The notes under the pieces were generated by a model, which was given only the letters and a program-made list of their open reading frames with translations, made no database searches and was not told the origin of the DNA. A program made the position numbers and the translations under genes. From Camelus ferus (Eukaryota), in assembly GCF_009834535.1 (NCBI RefSeq), contig NC_045708.1:434001-498000 (forward strand): 64,000 bases of DNA, given 5' to 3'. Shown here piece by piece: positions 1 through 14,523 of the stretch. Numbering within the stretch: position 1 is the first letter of the stretch; every line of letters begins with the position of its first letter.

Positions 1-900
1 GTGCCAGCCATGGAACCAAGGGCCTTCTTTGGAGATTTCTGGCCAGGGGTGACCCTTTAAGTCAGCTGGGAAGAGGAAACCGCAATTCCCATTTTACAAA
101 TGATGAAAAATGAGACACAGAAGAGGCACAAGCAGAGGATCCAGGATCAGAACCAAGCATTCCTGATTTCCACAAGAGAGCCAGACTACCAAGTAAACAT
201 CAGAAAACGGATGGACAGTGCCAGGGAGCCTGAAGTGCAGAAAAAAGAGGGGAGGGTCTCCTGGCACTGAATGCAGCTACGCAGGAGGAGTGGATCCTGT
301 TCTACTACATGGGACCCATGGGCCTTGGGCAAAGTCCCTCTCCTTTCTGAGCCTCAGCTCCCCTCAGTCAAATGGAAGTGTCACACTCACACTTACCCTG
401 AGGATCTCTGTGAAGTGCCAGAGACAGGGTCTGGTATAAGGCAGAAGCATGACACCCACTCCCCCAGCTTTCTGGGAAATAATTTAAGTGCACACAAAAG
501 CAGAGAAAATAGGATAATCACCAGATGCAGAGATTTTGTGACACGTGCTTCATCTCTCCCCTCCAAGATGTTTCCCCTCCTTTTTGATTATGAGTTTCAA
601 CTTGATCTGCTACCTCATCAGAATTCATTCAGTGTAAAAACTTTGAAATTAAACTTTAAATTTAAAGTCAAGTCTTTCCATCTTTTTTCTTGATGGGGAA
701 ACAGCAAGGCCCATGTCTTGGTACCACAGGGCAAGGGCAGAGCAAGTGTGGTGAGTCCCTGAAGCTGCTAGAACTGCACCCCAAGAATGAAAACAACGTT
801 AGGGCGCTAACGTCCCACCGTATGGGCTGCTGGACCATGACAACTGGGAAGACTTATGAAGCCATTCAGCGTTACAACAGAACCACATCCTCAACCATAC

Positions 901-2260
901 CTTAATTAAATTGGCAATGAATGCTGGGTACTTCAGGCCGTGTTCCTGGGAAGCAGCTGTAATTCGATTAATCCAGAGCTGAAATAAGAAAATGTTAAGA
1001 TGCTTCAGAACTAGCAGTATGTTATGTCCACACCTCCCAGCAAAGGTTCTAACTGAATTAAAAGGTTTTTTGTAAAAGCAAATACCAAAGTCAGTGTTTT
1101 ATTCAGGCAAACAAGCTGTAGTACAGACACCGTGAGCAAAGGCCTGGGCTCTTTACCCAAAGGCCAGCTTCCTTCTAAAGGGTTAGCAAGAAGGTCATGC
1201 GCTGGGAAGCGTTAATTCCACACGTTTATACAAAGATGAGCAAGAGTCTCTGCCAGGCACAGCTCCAAAGGGACCCGCGGATGGACTGTGACAGCCAGTG
1301 AGACGGGTGCCGCCAGGCAGGCATGGAACAATCCAGGTGGAAGGTGCAGGAGGGGCCTCACAAAGGACCTGGCTGGCCAGAAGCAGCAGGGTCCGTTCCC
1401 TCAACCACAGGGAAGTCAAGGCTTATAGGCAGGTGGGAAAGATCGGGAAGCTATGAATAGATCTGCTAAACAAGGTGGGGCCTAAGAGACTCTTTCAAGG
1501 CATTCTTTTCTCAATCTTAAGACACACTCAAGTCAACCTTCTTCCTGTGCTTCAGCGGTTCTCAAGTTTGAATGCGCATCAGAACTACCTAAAGGTTTGT
1601 CAGAACGCAGATTGCTGGGCCCCACCTCAAGAGCTCTCAATTCAATGGGTGCCCGCGGGGTGGGGAGGTGCTGAGACTCAGCAGTTCAGCAGGTTCCGTG
1701 CAAGGCTGCTACTGCTGCTGCACCGGGACCCTGCGCTGAGACCCTCCGCTGTCCTCCAGCGGCAGGCGCACGTGTCCCCGACTGAGCGGGTCCCCACGGG
1801 GAGGGCGGGGCTGCCGAGGCCGGTCCTCGCAGACCACGTGCACAGGGACGACTGGCTTACGGGCTGGGGCCGCCTCCGCGGCGAGTGAGGCACTGCTGAC
1901 TCTCCAGGGTCAGAGTCGCCGCCCTTAGCTCCGGAGGGTCCGGGGCAGCGAGGCGGAGGCCGACGCGGGCTGGGCTTACCGTCCTCATGTTCCTCTTCTT
2001 CAGCCTGCGGGCTCGGGTGCATTTCACGAACGCTTTCGTCACAGCTCTGACCGCCAGCCGGTAGCACCGATTCTTCCTTCCTCGGAAATGCTGGGTCAAG
2101 AAATGGGAGAGAACGCGGTCGGCGGGGCCCATGCGCGCGCCGGGCAGGGGCGCGGGGCGCGCGGCACACTCACCTGCGCGTGCTTCAGCACCTCCTGGAC
2201 CCGCCAGTAGCGGTCAGTGAGGCGGCTCCGCAGCCAGAGCTGCGCAGTCAGGAAGACCAT
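901..2260 (-). CDS. MRPL20: Mitochondrial ribosomal protein L20 (bL20m); exons 1-3 present, exon 4 beyond the left edge
   Basis: Exons 2174-2260 ([29 protein letters not shown]), 1980-2090 ([37 protein letters not shown]) and 901-978 ([26 protein letters not shown]). All introns are GT-AG and phase 0 (87/111/78 nt). Peptide recognised as the L20 family. Confidence 0.97.
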
Positions 2261-2306
2261 GGCGCCCGCCGGCCGGCGCCTCAGTCCAGCAACGCCCGCG
2301 TGTGTT

Positions 2307-2347
<41 letters not shown>

Positions 2348-2560
2348 GCGAGCACTTCCGGGTCAGGTCCCCCCCCACACACGCACACAGCGATTTCTGG
2401 GGCGCCGCGCGTGCGCTCCGGGCCCGCGCCCTCGCCCTGCCCAGTGCGCATGCTCTGGAAGGGCGGGGCGGGGCGGTGATGGCTGGAGGTGAGCCCCTAG
2501 CGGAGGTTGGCGGGTCCTGCAGAGCCCAGCCGGGCCGCGCTGCCTCCGACCGACCGTCCA
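1700..2560. promoter_or_regulatory. CpG-island promoter of MRPL20 with ETS/GABP, NRF1-like and GC-box motifs
   Basis: CpG-dense (edges approximate). CACTTCCGG at 2353-2361, TGCGCATGC at 2445-2453, GGGCGGGGCGGGG at 2461-2473. This combination is typical of nuclear-encoded mitochondrial gene promoters. Confidence 0.8.
2307..2345. repeat. (GCC)13 trinucleotide repeat, (GGC)n on the MRPL20 sense strand
   Basis: Perfect 39-nt GCC run directly visible, 47 nt upstream of the MRPL20 ATG. Confidence 0.97.
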
Positions 2561-2714
2561 GGTCCCCTTTGTGCTGCTGAGCTGTGCACTTTGAAAGGAT
2601 TGGAATGGCACGTACAATATAAATATTGCGAATATTTTGTCACCATTTTACCACGGTACCATTATATTATCATTATTACAGGAAACAATGAAGGGAGTGT
2701 GCACTTCCTTTGTA

Positions 2715-3445
2715 ACTTTAAATCTGGGCATAATTTTAAGTTACAGAAAAGTTGCAAGACTAGTTCCAGAAACTCCCCAATATGCTTTACCCAAGTGTAC
2801 CAACTGTTTACATTTGCTCCATTTTTAAAAGTCATTCCCGCTATAAATGTTCATAAGCACACAGTGAGTTTTTCCTCTGGTCCATTTGAGAGGAAGTGGA
2901 AGATAACTAAATATTTCACTGTGTATTTCCTTAGGACAAGGTCATTCTCTTACAAGTCACAGCACAAGGATCAAAATCGGGAAATTCAAGATTAACGCAA
3001 TACTACTGTCTAGACCACAGTCCATACCCAGTTCTGTCAAATGATCTTCACCGCATTTTCCCCGGTCCGGGATCCTGCGCTGCCTATAGTTGTTGTGTCT
3101 CATTTTCAGTCTTAATCTGGAACAGTTCTTCAGCATTTCTTTGTTTTTCTTGACCTTGGCATTCCTGAAAAGTCCAGGCTAGTTATTTTGTAGAATGCCT
3201 CTCAACTTGAGTTCATCTGATGTCTCCTCGTGATTATAACTGGGTTACACATTTTTAGCAGAATACCGCAGAGATTACATTGTGTCCTTCTCTGTGCATG
3301 GTATCAGGAGGCCTGTCCCAACATGGAAAATGTCAGCTTTAACCACTTGATTATGGAATTGCCTGCCAGGTTTCTCCCCCACTTTTACTTTTGTAACTAA
3401 TAAGTAGCTTGTGGAGAAACAAATGCTTTGAGAGTTATAGGCTTT
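2715..3445 (-). mobile_element. Old L1 (L1MC/MD/ME-like) 3' fragment
   Basis: AT-rich block starting ttttaagttacagaaaagttgcaa, resembling the antisense 3' end of ancient mammalian L1. Boundaries approximate. Confidence 0.6.
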
Positions 3446-6016
3446 CCTGTCAGCAGATGCTGAGATGCAAGTAGGAGTATGGTGTTGCATCCTGTCTTGC
3501 GCGTGGGAGAGAGAGAGTGCAGACAGGGCAACGTCTGGGCTGACCCAGTCGTTCCGAGGCAGAGACTGCCTATTTGGGAAATCTTGTGTTGGGCAGAAAT
3601 GGCCAGACCCCAGCGCCTGTGCTGAGCTCAGCCAGTGTCTGGGGCCGCCAGGAAAAGTGTGCCATTGGCTAAAATACTGCTGTGGACTTGAAGCTCAAAG
3701 ACAGGTGGAGCCTTGAAGGGTGTCTGAGCAGCACCCTCTGTGACCTCCACACTCCAAGACGACTTGCACTCACCAACTCGAGTGTCCATTGCTGACTTTC
3801 TAACTCTCCGTATTTATTGGCATTCCCTTTAAAGAAGACGTTTACCTTGAGGGGATACCATTTATATAGCGTTAGAAGGGTGCCCAGAGAGGGTGCTATT
3901 CCAGTGAAGAAGGCAGTGGCTGAGGGCAGGCACAGGGATCAGCAAGTGCGAGGCTTGGTGTAGTCAAGGTCAGCGAGCCAGAGTGGGTCCGGGGCCAATG
4001 AGCAAGCGGGAGGCTGGAGATAGAGGTTGGTCAGGATGTGTGGGCCCTGGAGGTCGAGGAGGGCCTTTAATGTCCCGTGTAGCACACGGCCCTAGGCTTC
4101 CTTACAGCGTGGCAGCCACACTGCACCTTGGAAAGTCATAGGGCATCACTTCGGCAGGACTCGGGTGGCCAGAACAGTCAAGAGGTGGAGACACAGACTC
4201 CAGCTCTGGACGGGGGAGGATGGAGATCGCGCTGGAAAGAGCACGGTGGTGGATGAGATCGCTGGAGCATTTGTGAACAACACAATATGCCATATTTGGT
4301 TTACACTCCACTGGGGAGAGGGAGTCACTGGGGGAGACTGTGAGCAGGATAGTCAATAGGTTATAGCTACTGTTCTGAGAACAGCCCTCAGGGAGTCAGG
4401 GGCTCAAACGAGAAGACCAGCTAGGCTGGGGGCCTGCCTGGTTATGGCAATGCTCCCAAGGCTGCTGGTGCCTGGACATAGTGGACTCAGCAGGGGAGGC
4501 GAGAGGCCGTCAGGCTGTGTGTGGCTCTGGAGCAGCACAGCAGGCTGTGCTGGAAGCTGGGTGTTGGTGTGTCCTGGAGCTTTAGAAACCATCTTTACTC
4601 TGACGACACCAGAGATGTCACCACAGCCCCCACCTTTCCCACATTCTCATCTCCTGTGCACCTGCTCTCCCCATCACGATTAAGGTTTCCCACTCACCCC
4701 GCCACCTCGGGCCCAAGCCTCGCTAGGGTCAGTGTGAGGTCTCCCTTTCCCTGGCCCCCCACCTCCAACCCATCAGCAAGCACACAGGGCCCTGCCCACA
4801 AAATCCTCCTGGTGCTGCCTGCCTCCCCCATCTCCACTGCTGTGCCACCACCATCTCACTGCTCCTGGTCTCCCCGTCCCAAGAACAGCCCACTCTGCAC
4901 GAGCAGGCTCCATGGGCCACGGGGACCATGTTACACAAGCACAAACCCCCCCAAGGCTTCCACTGCCTCAGGAGTGACATCCAAGTGCCCCCATAATCCC
5001 TGGACAGAGGTGCTCATTTGGCATGACAGTTTTCACTTTTGAAAGAGGAACTCTGTCCTCTAAAGACGTTCTTCCAGAACAATCAACGAACCGCAATGAT
5101 TTTCTGTGAGAGCACATAGAGGGGCCACTGGAGACAACTGTCCCTCTGTGTGGTTGGACCACAGGAGCGTAATTTACAGATATGACTGAGTGATAACCAT
5201 GAGTGGCTAATGCCATTGAAAAAACCATTTTTCTTCCTTAGGTTTCCTGGGGGAAACAGGCGGAAGCACTAGTGTCAACCAGGAGGTAGAAGCAGGAGCA
5301 GGAGGTGGGGGGCTCAAGCCTTCACTGGGGTTCCCACAGGAAAGATGAGGCAGGGCAGGGACACAGTCGAGGACCAGCTTGTTCGATGGTCCAGTGGGCC
5401 TGGCGCACACAGGCATACCTGGCGCTGGGTGGTTCAGGGCTGGGTACCGAGAGAAGGCTGCTCGGGACGGCAGGGGAGAGAAAGACAACTGGCCGCTCGT
5501 TTGGTCCTGCAGTCATTGAACGGACGCCGACAGACAAACACTGAATCTAAGGAAACACAAGAAGAATGCTACCACGGACAGAGGAAGCCCTGAGGGTGAC
5601 AGCCCCATGGTGGACAAACAGAGACCGTCAGCTTTTGGTCAGCTCTGCTGCCACAACTCAGTCTCTCTGCCAGAGAGGCTGGTGCTGCAGGGGTGACGCG
5701 GCCCCCGGACTCAGTGGGGCCGTCTCAGGTCCGGCCAGAAACTTGTTACTGGGATTCAAGCCACTTCTTCCTTCTCCTCCAGGAGCCTCTGCGCTGGTCT
5801 CGCCTCCCCGGCTGGCGGCTTCAGACTATAAGGTGCCTGTATCCTCTGTGAAGGCTGTGGGAGCCTGGAGCCTTCTGTTCTGCTCTGGCCCTGCAGTGAG
5901 AAGCTCAGGGACCCTGGGGCTCTGTGCCCCCAGAAGTCCTCCTGCTCTCCACAGAGGGCCGGCCCCAGGTCCTGGGCCACCTCACCCCACCCCGTCCTCA
6001 GGGTGGAGCTGGCCCC

Positions 6017-7842
<1,826 letters not shown>

Positions 7843-9900
7843 TCATCTCTCCAGGGGAACCAGGCCACCACTTAGCCTTCTGAGGGCCTTGGATCTCAGG
7901 TACCTCTGAAGAGAGTCCACCCAGGGCCTCTGTCCTCCAGCTGGGGGTCTTCTCCATGCTGTCCCAGCCCAGCCACAGCCTGGTGGCCCTCTCATGAAAC
8001 TTATTCCGCAGGTGCAGAGGTGGGGGTGTCTGCTCCCAGCGTGCTGGGAGGCTGGAGCTGCAGCTGTTTGGGAGGGGGTGGTGCAGAGCTGCCTCCCGGG
8101 CCAGGCTAAGGGCCACCTCCCCACACTGTTTACCCAGAACTTAAGGGGAGGCCCTGCCTGCCAACCCCTGTCCCAGCACCCTTCAGCCCCTGCCAACTTC
8201 CAGGGCCTCTGACTTGGCCTCCCTCCAGGGAGACAAAGGCCAGGCAGGCAGGGACTTGCCCATGGACCACAGCTCCTCCAAGAAGCTCAGTCTATGATGG
8301 GCCATGACTTGCCCACCCCAGGAGGCACCCACATACCTTCCCGTGGGTCCCTCCCTCAGGCCCTGCCCCTCACCCCGACTCCTGTCCCAGCTGGCTAAGA
8401 CCCCCTCGGTGCTGGAGCCTGGCCTCTCTCCTGACTCCAGCTGGAGCAGTGGACAGGGTGAGGTAGGGCCCTTCCCCCTATGAAGATGCTCCATGAGGAA
8501 AAGGAAGGAACATCAACCTGGGACACCCGGCAGGTGGCCGGATAAGTTGTGGGAGTAGGAAGCCTCTTGAGAGTAGGCTGAGCGAGTCAGCAGGGGCCGT
8601 GAAGGGGCAGACCCTCAACGGAAGGAGGGAGCCAGGCAAAGGGGGGTTGTTTAGGAGAGGAGCCAGGTCTGAAAGGTGGAAGAGTGGTGCTACAGGAGAG
8701 GCCTGAATAAGGCCTCCGGGACTGGTCACTTGGATTCTGGGGCCCTGGGGCACAGAGGGACGGGGTGGGAGGCTGGCCCTGAAGGTGCCTTCCCATCCCC
8801 AGTCCCTGGGTAAGGCCACTAGTCCAGAGCCCACACAGGAGAAAGTGTGGCAGGTTGCTGTGGCCACGCCCCTCCAGCTGCTTCTTGTGACTGTCCACCA
8901 GGGGGCAGCACAGCTCGGGGGCAGTCGCTCCCACCCCAGCACCTTCCCGGCTCCCAGAGAGGAGGTGTCCTGAAGGCCCTGACCTGTACACGCTCCAGAG
9001 TGGGGTGGCCCTTGCAGGAGCCAGGCCCAAAGGGTGGGTCTCCAGGCAAGGGGCTGAAGGGCCCCATCCCACCCTCAAGCTACATGGACCCCACCCTGTA
9101 AGCCTCAGTCACTCAGCTCAGACATCCCCTCCACAGAGGGGCCCTCGAGCCTGACCACTGATCTGAAGCAGCCTCATCCTCTGTTGCATTTTCTTCCTAA
9201 CACTTGTCACTGCACAAAAATACCTGTCTACCTGACGTTAATCAGGCATGCCACACAGGCTGGCGGATTCAGCCCGTAAAGAAGCAAGGTGCTCTGGGTG
9301 GGTTCGGACGATTTTACTACCTGAGCCACCGGCCAAAATAAGGGAACCAAGGGTGTCAGCCCCACACCCTGTCCCACAGGGTGACGCAGGAGGATGCTGA
9401 AAGGAGCAAGCCTGGGTGACAAGATGACAAGGACGGGGGTGGGAGGGGGGCGCCCTGTGCTTAGGAGCTGCTTCCCTGCTGCAGCCACACCTGTCACAGC
9501 CTGGGCACGGCCGCTTGTGCAGATGACCTTTGTGGACACGGGGCGCCCGCAGAGAGCCGAGGTGAGCTCGAAGGGCCTGGAAGATGTTAGAAGCAGAGTT
9601 GGAAGGGCTAAGGGAGGGGAAACGTTCGCATGTGGTGCTGTCCGGCCACCTCCACTCAGCTCACAGACAACCTCTTGCGTAGTTTGTCAACTGGTTATGT
9701 AAGTGGTGTTTAAAATACTGTATGTTATGCCCGAAAACCCTGGGAGACCGTTAGGTGCTAAGAGTATTTTAGTCACATTGGAAGAAATTATTTGGAGTTT
9801 TCGGATGGGCTAGGAATGCTGATACCTCCTTTACTTGAAGTAACAGAATTATGTGCTCCCACTTTTTTCAGGATGGATGGGATTCTGGCACCAAGTTTGG

Positions 9901-9946
9901 TGGCTGGTAGGATGAAGCTTTGGATTCTGGCTGGTAGGATGAAGCT
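9901..9946. repeat. 19-nt direct repeat with a 27-nt period
   Basis: TGGCTGGTAGGATGAAGCT at 9901-9919 and 9928-9946. Confidence 0.9.
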
Positions 9947-10609
9947 GTTATTGGCACCTACTGTGTGTTGAGTCCCACACCAAGCATTTCCTATCCATTG
10001 CCCACGGGCCCTCTCGACAGGTATGGTGGGGGCACCCAGCATCTTCCGGGGCAGCTTATCTGAGGCTGTGAGGGGCCAGGTTTGGGGATGAGGGACCAGC
10101 AGGGGCAGGGCTGGGAGATGGGGTTGACCTCTACGTGGCAGCTACTGATGGGGCAGTTGCTAGAGTTACGACTAGTGAAATGAGTCGTTGTGTGCAGGAG
10201 CTGGAAGTGGGCAGAGGGCGGGACCAGGCAGGAGGAGGGGACCAGGAGGGAGGAGGGCCCCAGTGCTGAGCTGTAGGGACAGCTGTGCAAGCTCTGACCA
10301 GAGCATGCAGGAGCTGGCTGGGGAGACTGGCCAGGGCCAGAGCTGCAGTAACCTGGCAGAGACGGGGTCAGCCTGGCAGTGGAGGAACCGGAGGCTCAGG
10401 TGTGGCCTTGGAGACTGATGGTCAGGGATGGACCCCTGGGCCAGGGTCCTGCCCTCCAGCTGGGTCCTCTATCCGGATGCTGGGTTCTGGGTAGAGATGT
10501 GACCTGGGGACCTATGGTTAAAATTCTGCTAATCTGACACAGGGGGAGGGGCTCATTCCTGCAACGTGACCACCGCTGTGGGCCCACCAGGTCCACTGCC
10601 CAGGAGAAC

Positions 10610-12118
10610 ATGAGTGGGCAGGAGAGGGAGATGGAGGAGGATGAGGGAGAGGGCACTTCAGACACAGCACTCATGCTGCCCCGAAGGCCTCCTGACTGCC
10701 AGGCCGCGGCCCTGAGGTCCCCAAGGTGGGCAGGCCTGGCTGCCCAAGGCCTCGGGATCCTGTTGCTGCCTGGCCGGGCCCTGGCGGGGCTCCTGCTCCA
10801 TCTGCTGCTGCCTGCAGCCGTGTTCCTGCTGGTGCTGCTGCCAGCAGCAGCCATCGTCTTCCTGGGATTCCTGTGCCACTCGAGGGTGAGCTGAGCCCTC
10901 TGTGGGCGTGGAGGTGGGGGGACTGGCTGGAGTCTTTGGGGAGTGGGGGTTCCTGTGGAAGTCTGGGGTCTTGGGGCTGAAGGTGAATCTGTCCCCAGAG
11001 GCACACGTGCCCCTCCCTGAAGAGCCTCTTCTGTCAAGCACCCCCCACCCCACCAGCTGTAGCAAAAGAAGGACTTTTGTTTGTCACCCAAGGGGACAGC
11101 TCTCTCCCCTCCCCCGAGGCCTCCCAGCTCTGTACCAGGGGCCACCAGGGCCTGGACAGCTGTGCAGAGTGGGAAGAGGAGGAGGATTCCAGGAAGAGGA
11201 TATTAAAATATCACCAAATTTAACCAGTCCACAGCCCCTCCTTATCTTCTATTACCCGTTACCCTGGGATGGGTGTCCCCACTTATGGAAGGGGCTGCAG
11301 CTTGGTCTGGAGTCAGGAGAGTCCAGGCAGAGGGGGACCCTGTGTCCCTCTTTTTTTAGGCATGTCAGGAAAGTGGGGCTGAAACCAGGGCCACAGAAGA
11401 AAAGGTGTCCCCTGCTGGTGGCACCTACTGGAGGGCCTACAAGGTCAGATGCCAACATAGGAGAGACCCGTGGGAGACAGAGAGGGGAGGAAGGCGGAGG
11501 TCGGGAACCGGAGAGCTATCCTCTGAGGCTCCCCTCAAGGGACTCCTACTGGGCCATTTACCCCTGGGTCCCTCGCCTCCCATCTTCTGCTCAGAAATGC
11601 CTGGCCCACCGCGAGTCCCAGCCACCGGACTCCGCCAGAACTCAGGCCCCGCGCTCTCCCCCGGACCCTCCCTCGTCCACCTGCCCCCCACCCCAGCGCC
11701 CCCGCTGGAATCGGGGCTTAACGCTCCACCAGTCCACCTGCTCCCAGGCACGGCCTCCAGGCCCCACCCCAGTCTATCTGCCCCGCCCCAGTCCCGCCAG
11801 GCCCGGTCCCGGAACTGAGGCCCCACAGCCACGCCTGACCGCCCGCCCCACCCTCAGGTCCACCCCGAGCCTCGCCCCGCGTGCCGCGCGCTGCTCTCGG
11901 ATCGCGGCTCTGCGGCGCTCATCGTGTCGGGCTTCCTCTCGCTTCCTCCGCTTCTGGTGCTCGCCTCGGCCGCCCGCGCCCGCCTGGCCCGACGCCTCCG
12001 CTCGCTGCTGCCGCCCCCGACTTGCAGTCCTGGACCCCGCCGCCACCTGGTGTCCAGCGACGATGGGCGCGAGCGACGCCACCCTGACGGGGAGGAGCAG
12101 CTCTGCGCCTGGGTGTGA
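10610..12118 (+). CDS. TMEM88B: Transmembrane protein 88B, 178 aa
   Basis: Exon 1 10610-10885 (MSGQERE...LLLHLLLPAAVFLLVLLPAAAIVFLGFLCHSR) and exon 2 11858-12118 (VHPEPRPACRALLSDRGSAALIV...EEQLCAWV*). Phase-0 GT-AG intron, hydrophobic TM segments, C-terminal AWV. Confidence 0.95.
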
Positions 12119-12272
12119 CCCCAGAAACATCTCCAAAGGACCCCAAGACCTCAAATCCCAGAGGCCCCTGAACTCCCCCCGTGTCCCCCATAAGGTGGCT
12201 CCAGGCTGGCGACTCAGGGTCTGCGTCCAGGTCCCAACGTGGGAAATCGCAGGGCCCCACGCAGCTCCGTGC

Positions 12273-12302
12273 GCAGTGCTCCGAGTGGCCGCGAGGTGGC
12301 AC
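12273..12302 (+). promoter_or_regulatory. Candidate CTCF site with upstream motif
   Basis: GCAGT-N8-TGGCCGCGAGGTGGCAC matches the CTCF core plus the upstream module at the usual spacing. Motif match only. Confidence 0.55.
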
Positions 12303-12689
12303 CGGCCTCCCCCGGACCGGGTCGGCTCTTCCCCAGCCTCTCTCCGCTCCTGCTGTTTCCGTAGCTGCGGAGACTGGGACCCACAAGGGAGGAGGGAGAT
12401 GGTTTTCAGAGAAGGGCGCACGGCCAGGCTCTGGGAAAGGCGGCCTTCCCGGTTTCTGCCACTGTGGCTGCCCTGGGCTCCTGTGCCCTCCCCAAGGGCA
12501 GCCTCTGAAAGTCCCCTGTCTGGTCAGTCAGCAGGCCTCCAGCGAGTTCCAGAGGTGGTGAGATTTGCTTGGGAGACTCCACGCTGTATGTTTCCAAAAC
12601 TCCATCGGCGGCCAGAGAACCAGGCGTGCAGGGCTCAGCCTGAGAACGGAATTAGCATTTACAGTAAGGGCCCAGTCTGTTCTTTCTGG

Positions 12690-13640
12690 AGAATTTTAAG
12701 GTCTTTTCCATCTTTTGCGTTCTGTTCTTTTAAGCATGCTTCTGGTTGTGGCTCTGTTCTGTATCCATTTGGTGTCCACTGCGTTTCCCAGTTTTATAGA
12801 TTCACATTTTCATCAGTTCTGTAGACCTCCCAACCATTATTGCTTCAGTCCTGCCTCTCGTTTATTCTCCCTGTTCTTTCTTAGGGAGCACCTGGTACAC
12901 GAGTGCTGCACGTTCTCCTTTTACCTCTCATGTCAGTTCATCTCTCTTTTGTGTTTTCTGTCTCCTTGTCTCTCTGCTGCGTTCTGGCAATTTCCTCAGG
13001 TCCCTCTTCCAGGTCATTAATCACTGGCTGTATCGAATCTGCTGATTAATGCATCCTCTAACTTTAAATTATCATATCGTCATACCTGAAGGTTACAACC
13101 GCTTCTTATTCCCGTCTGCTCATTTTGGCGGTCTCTTGGTGCGTGCTCAGTTTTGGGTTCCAGCTTTGACTTCTGGAACATTTCACACATGGTTATTTTA
13201 TAGTGTGTACCTAACAATTCCAATCCCTTTCTTTGGGGCTCTAACTCTGTTGTTTGTCATTTCTGCTGCCTCTCAGTCATAGCACGTTGTTTCTCTGAAT
13301 GTTTGCAATTGTTAAGTGTCAGCCCACACCTGTGAACGTTCTGAGACCTGGTCCCTCCAGAGAGGGTGTCCTTGTGAGGCGTGACCGTCCTGGGCCCCTG
13401 TTCGGGTCCTGGTCTGTAGCCCGCAGGGCAGGAGGTCCACACTTGTCCCGATGCAGTGTGGCTCTCCGTGCTGTGTTCAGGGAAGTCTCTGCTTTCCCAC
13501 TTGTTTTCCTTCATCATCCCGGGTTTCTGTTCACTATTCCATTTGTTTATTTATGCACTTATTTTTGGTGTTTCATTTTGGGGAGCCTTGGAGATATTTA
13601 CTTCCTTTTAAGCCCAACAGTGCATCAAACATGTGTTTGT
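12690..13640. mobile_element. Probable degraded ancient L1 fragment
   Basis: T-rich, CpG-poor block embedded in GC-rich DNA with L1-antisense-like composition. Family not assignable by eye. Confidence 0.4.
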
Positions 13641-14523
13641 TGTAATTTGTCCCAAATCTAGGAACAGCTGAAAGGCCTTGTAAAGGACCTAGTACACCGC
13701 ACTGCCAGCCAGGTTCCACCTATGAGCCATAGGTCAGGGCCCAGACACGCCCAAAGGTCAGGGCTCAGGGCTCCCTCGTGGCTTGGGCAGCGCCTAGCTC
13801 GGGGCTGGCTCAGGTCCAGCAAGAGTCCTCGGGGCTTTCCAGTTGTCTGTGCCCAGTCGGTCAGGAGCCTGGCTGGCTGCCTGGCGCCCAGGGAGAGCTT
13901 CCCCTAGTCCGAGGCCGCCTTCCTTCCCCTCCTGCCTAGGGTTGGACGGGCTCTGGCCAGGCATTGAGGAACGAGGACTCTCCTGAGGATCTGCCTGGCC
14001 CCGGAGTCATCAAAACAACAGCTGGGCTGGGGGTGGGGGGTGGGGAGGCCACCGTGTGTCCCAGCTTCTCAGGCCTGCCAAGCCCTACATGGCCTCCAGC
14101 TGGCCCCCAGGACAACCTGCCTCACCCCCAGCTCTGACCCACCCACTCACAAAACGAACACCCATGGGGGCTGTGGAAAGTTTACAGAAGAGCCTCAGGG
14201 TCTGCTTTTAGGAGACCAGCTGTCAGGGAAGTTGGGAAAGTCGAGGGCGGAGGCCCCAAGCAACTGGGTGGCGGAAACCTCCACTTTGGGCAACAAAGTC
14301 TCTTCCCCCAGGTGCCCAGGCCCTGGCCCTGTAAAGAGTTCCTGGCTGTGGGGGGGCCTCTGCGGTGCACATGTGTGCGCATGCATGTGGCAGGGAGTTA
14401 CATGCTCCTATGTGTGAGCGCGTGCATCCCCTCTGTCACTGGTCCTCACACCCCTGGTGGGGCGCTGTCCAGACCCCACAGGTGTGGAGTCCGGGCTCTG
14501 CCAGGTTCCTGGATCTGCCCAAG

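Noticed and set aside
2302-2580. Poly-Pro, poly-Ala and poly-Arg ORFs
   Set aside because: These are translations of the (GCC)13 repeat and carry non-ATG starts.
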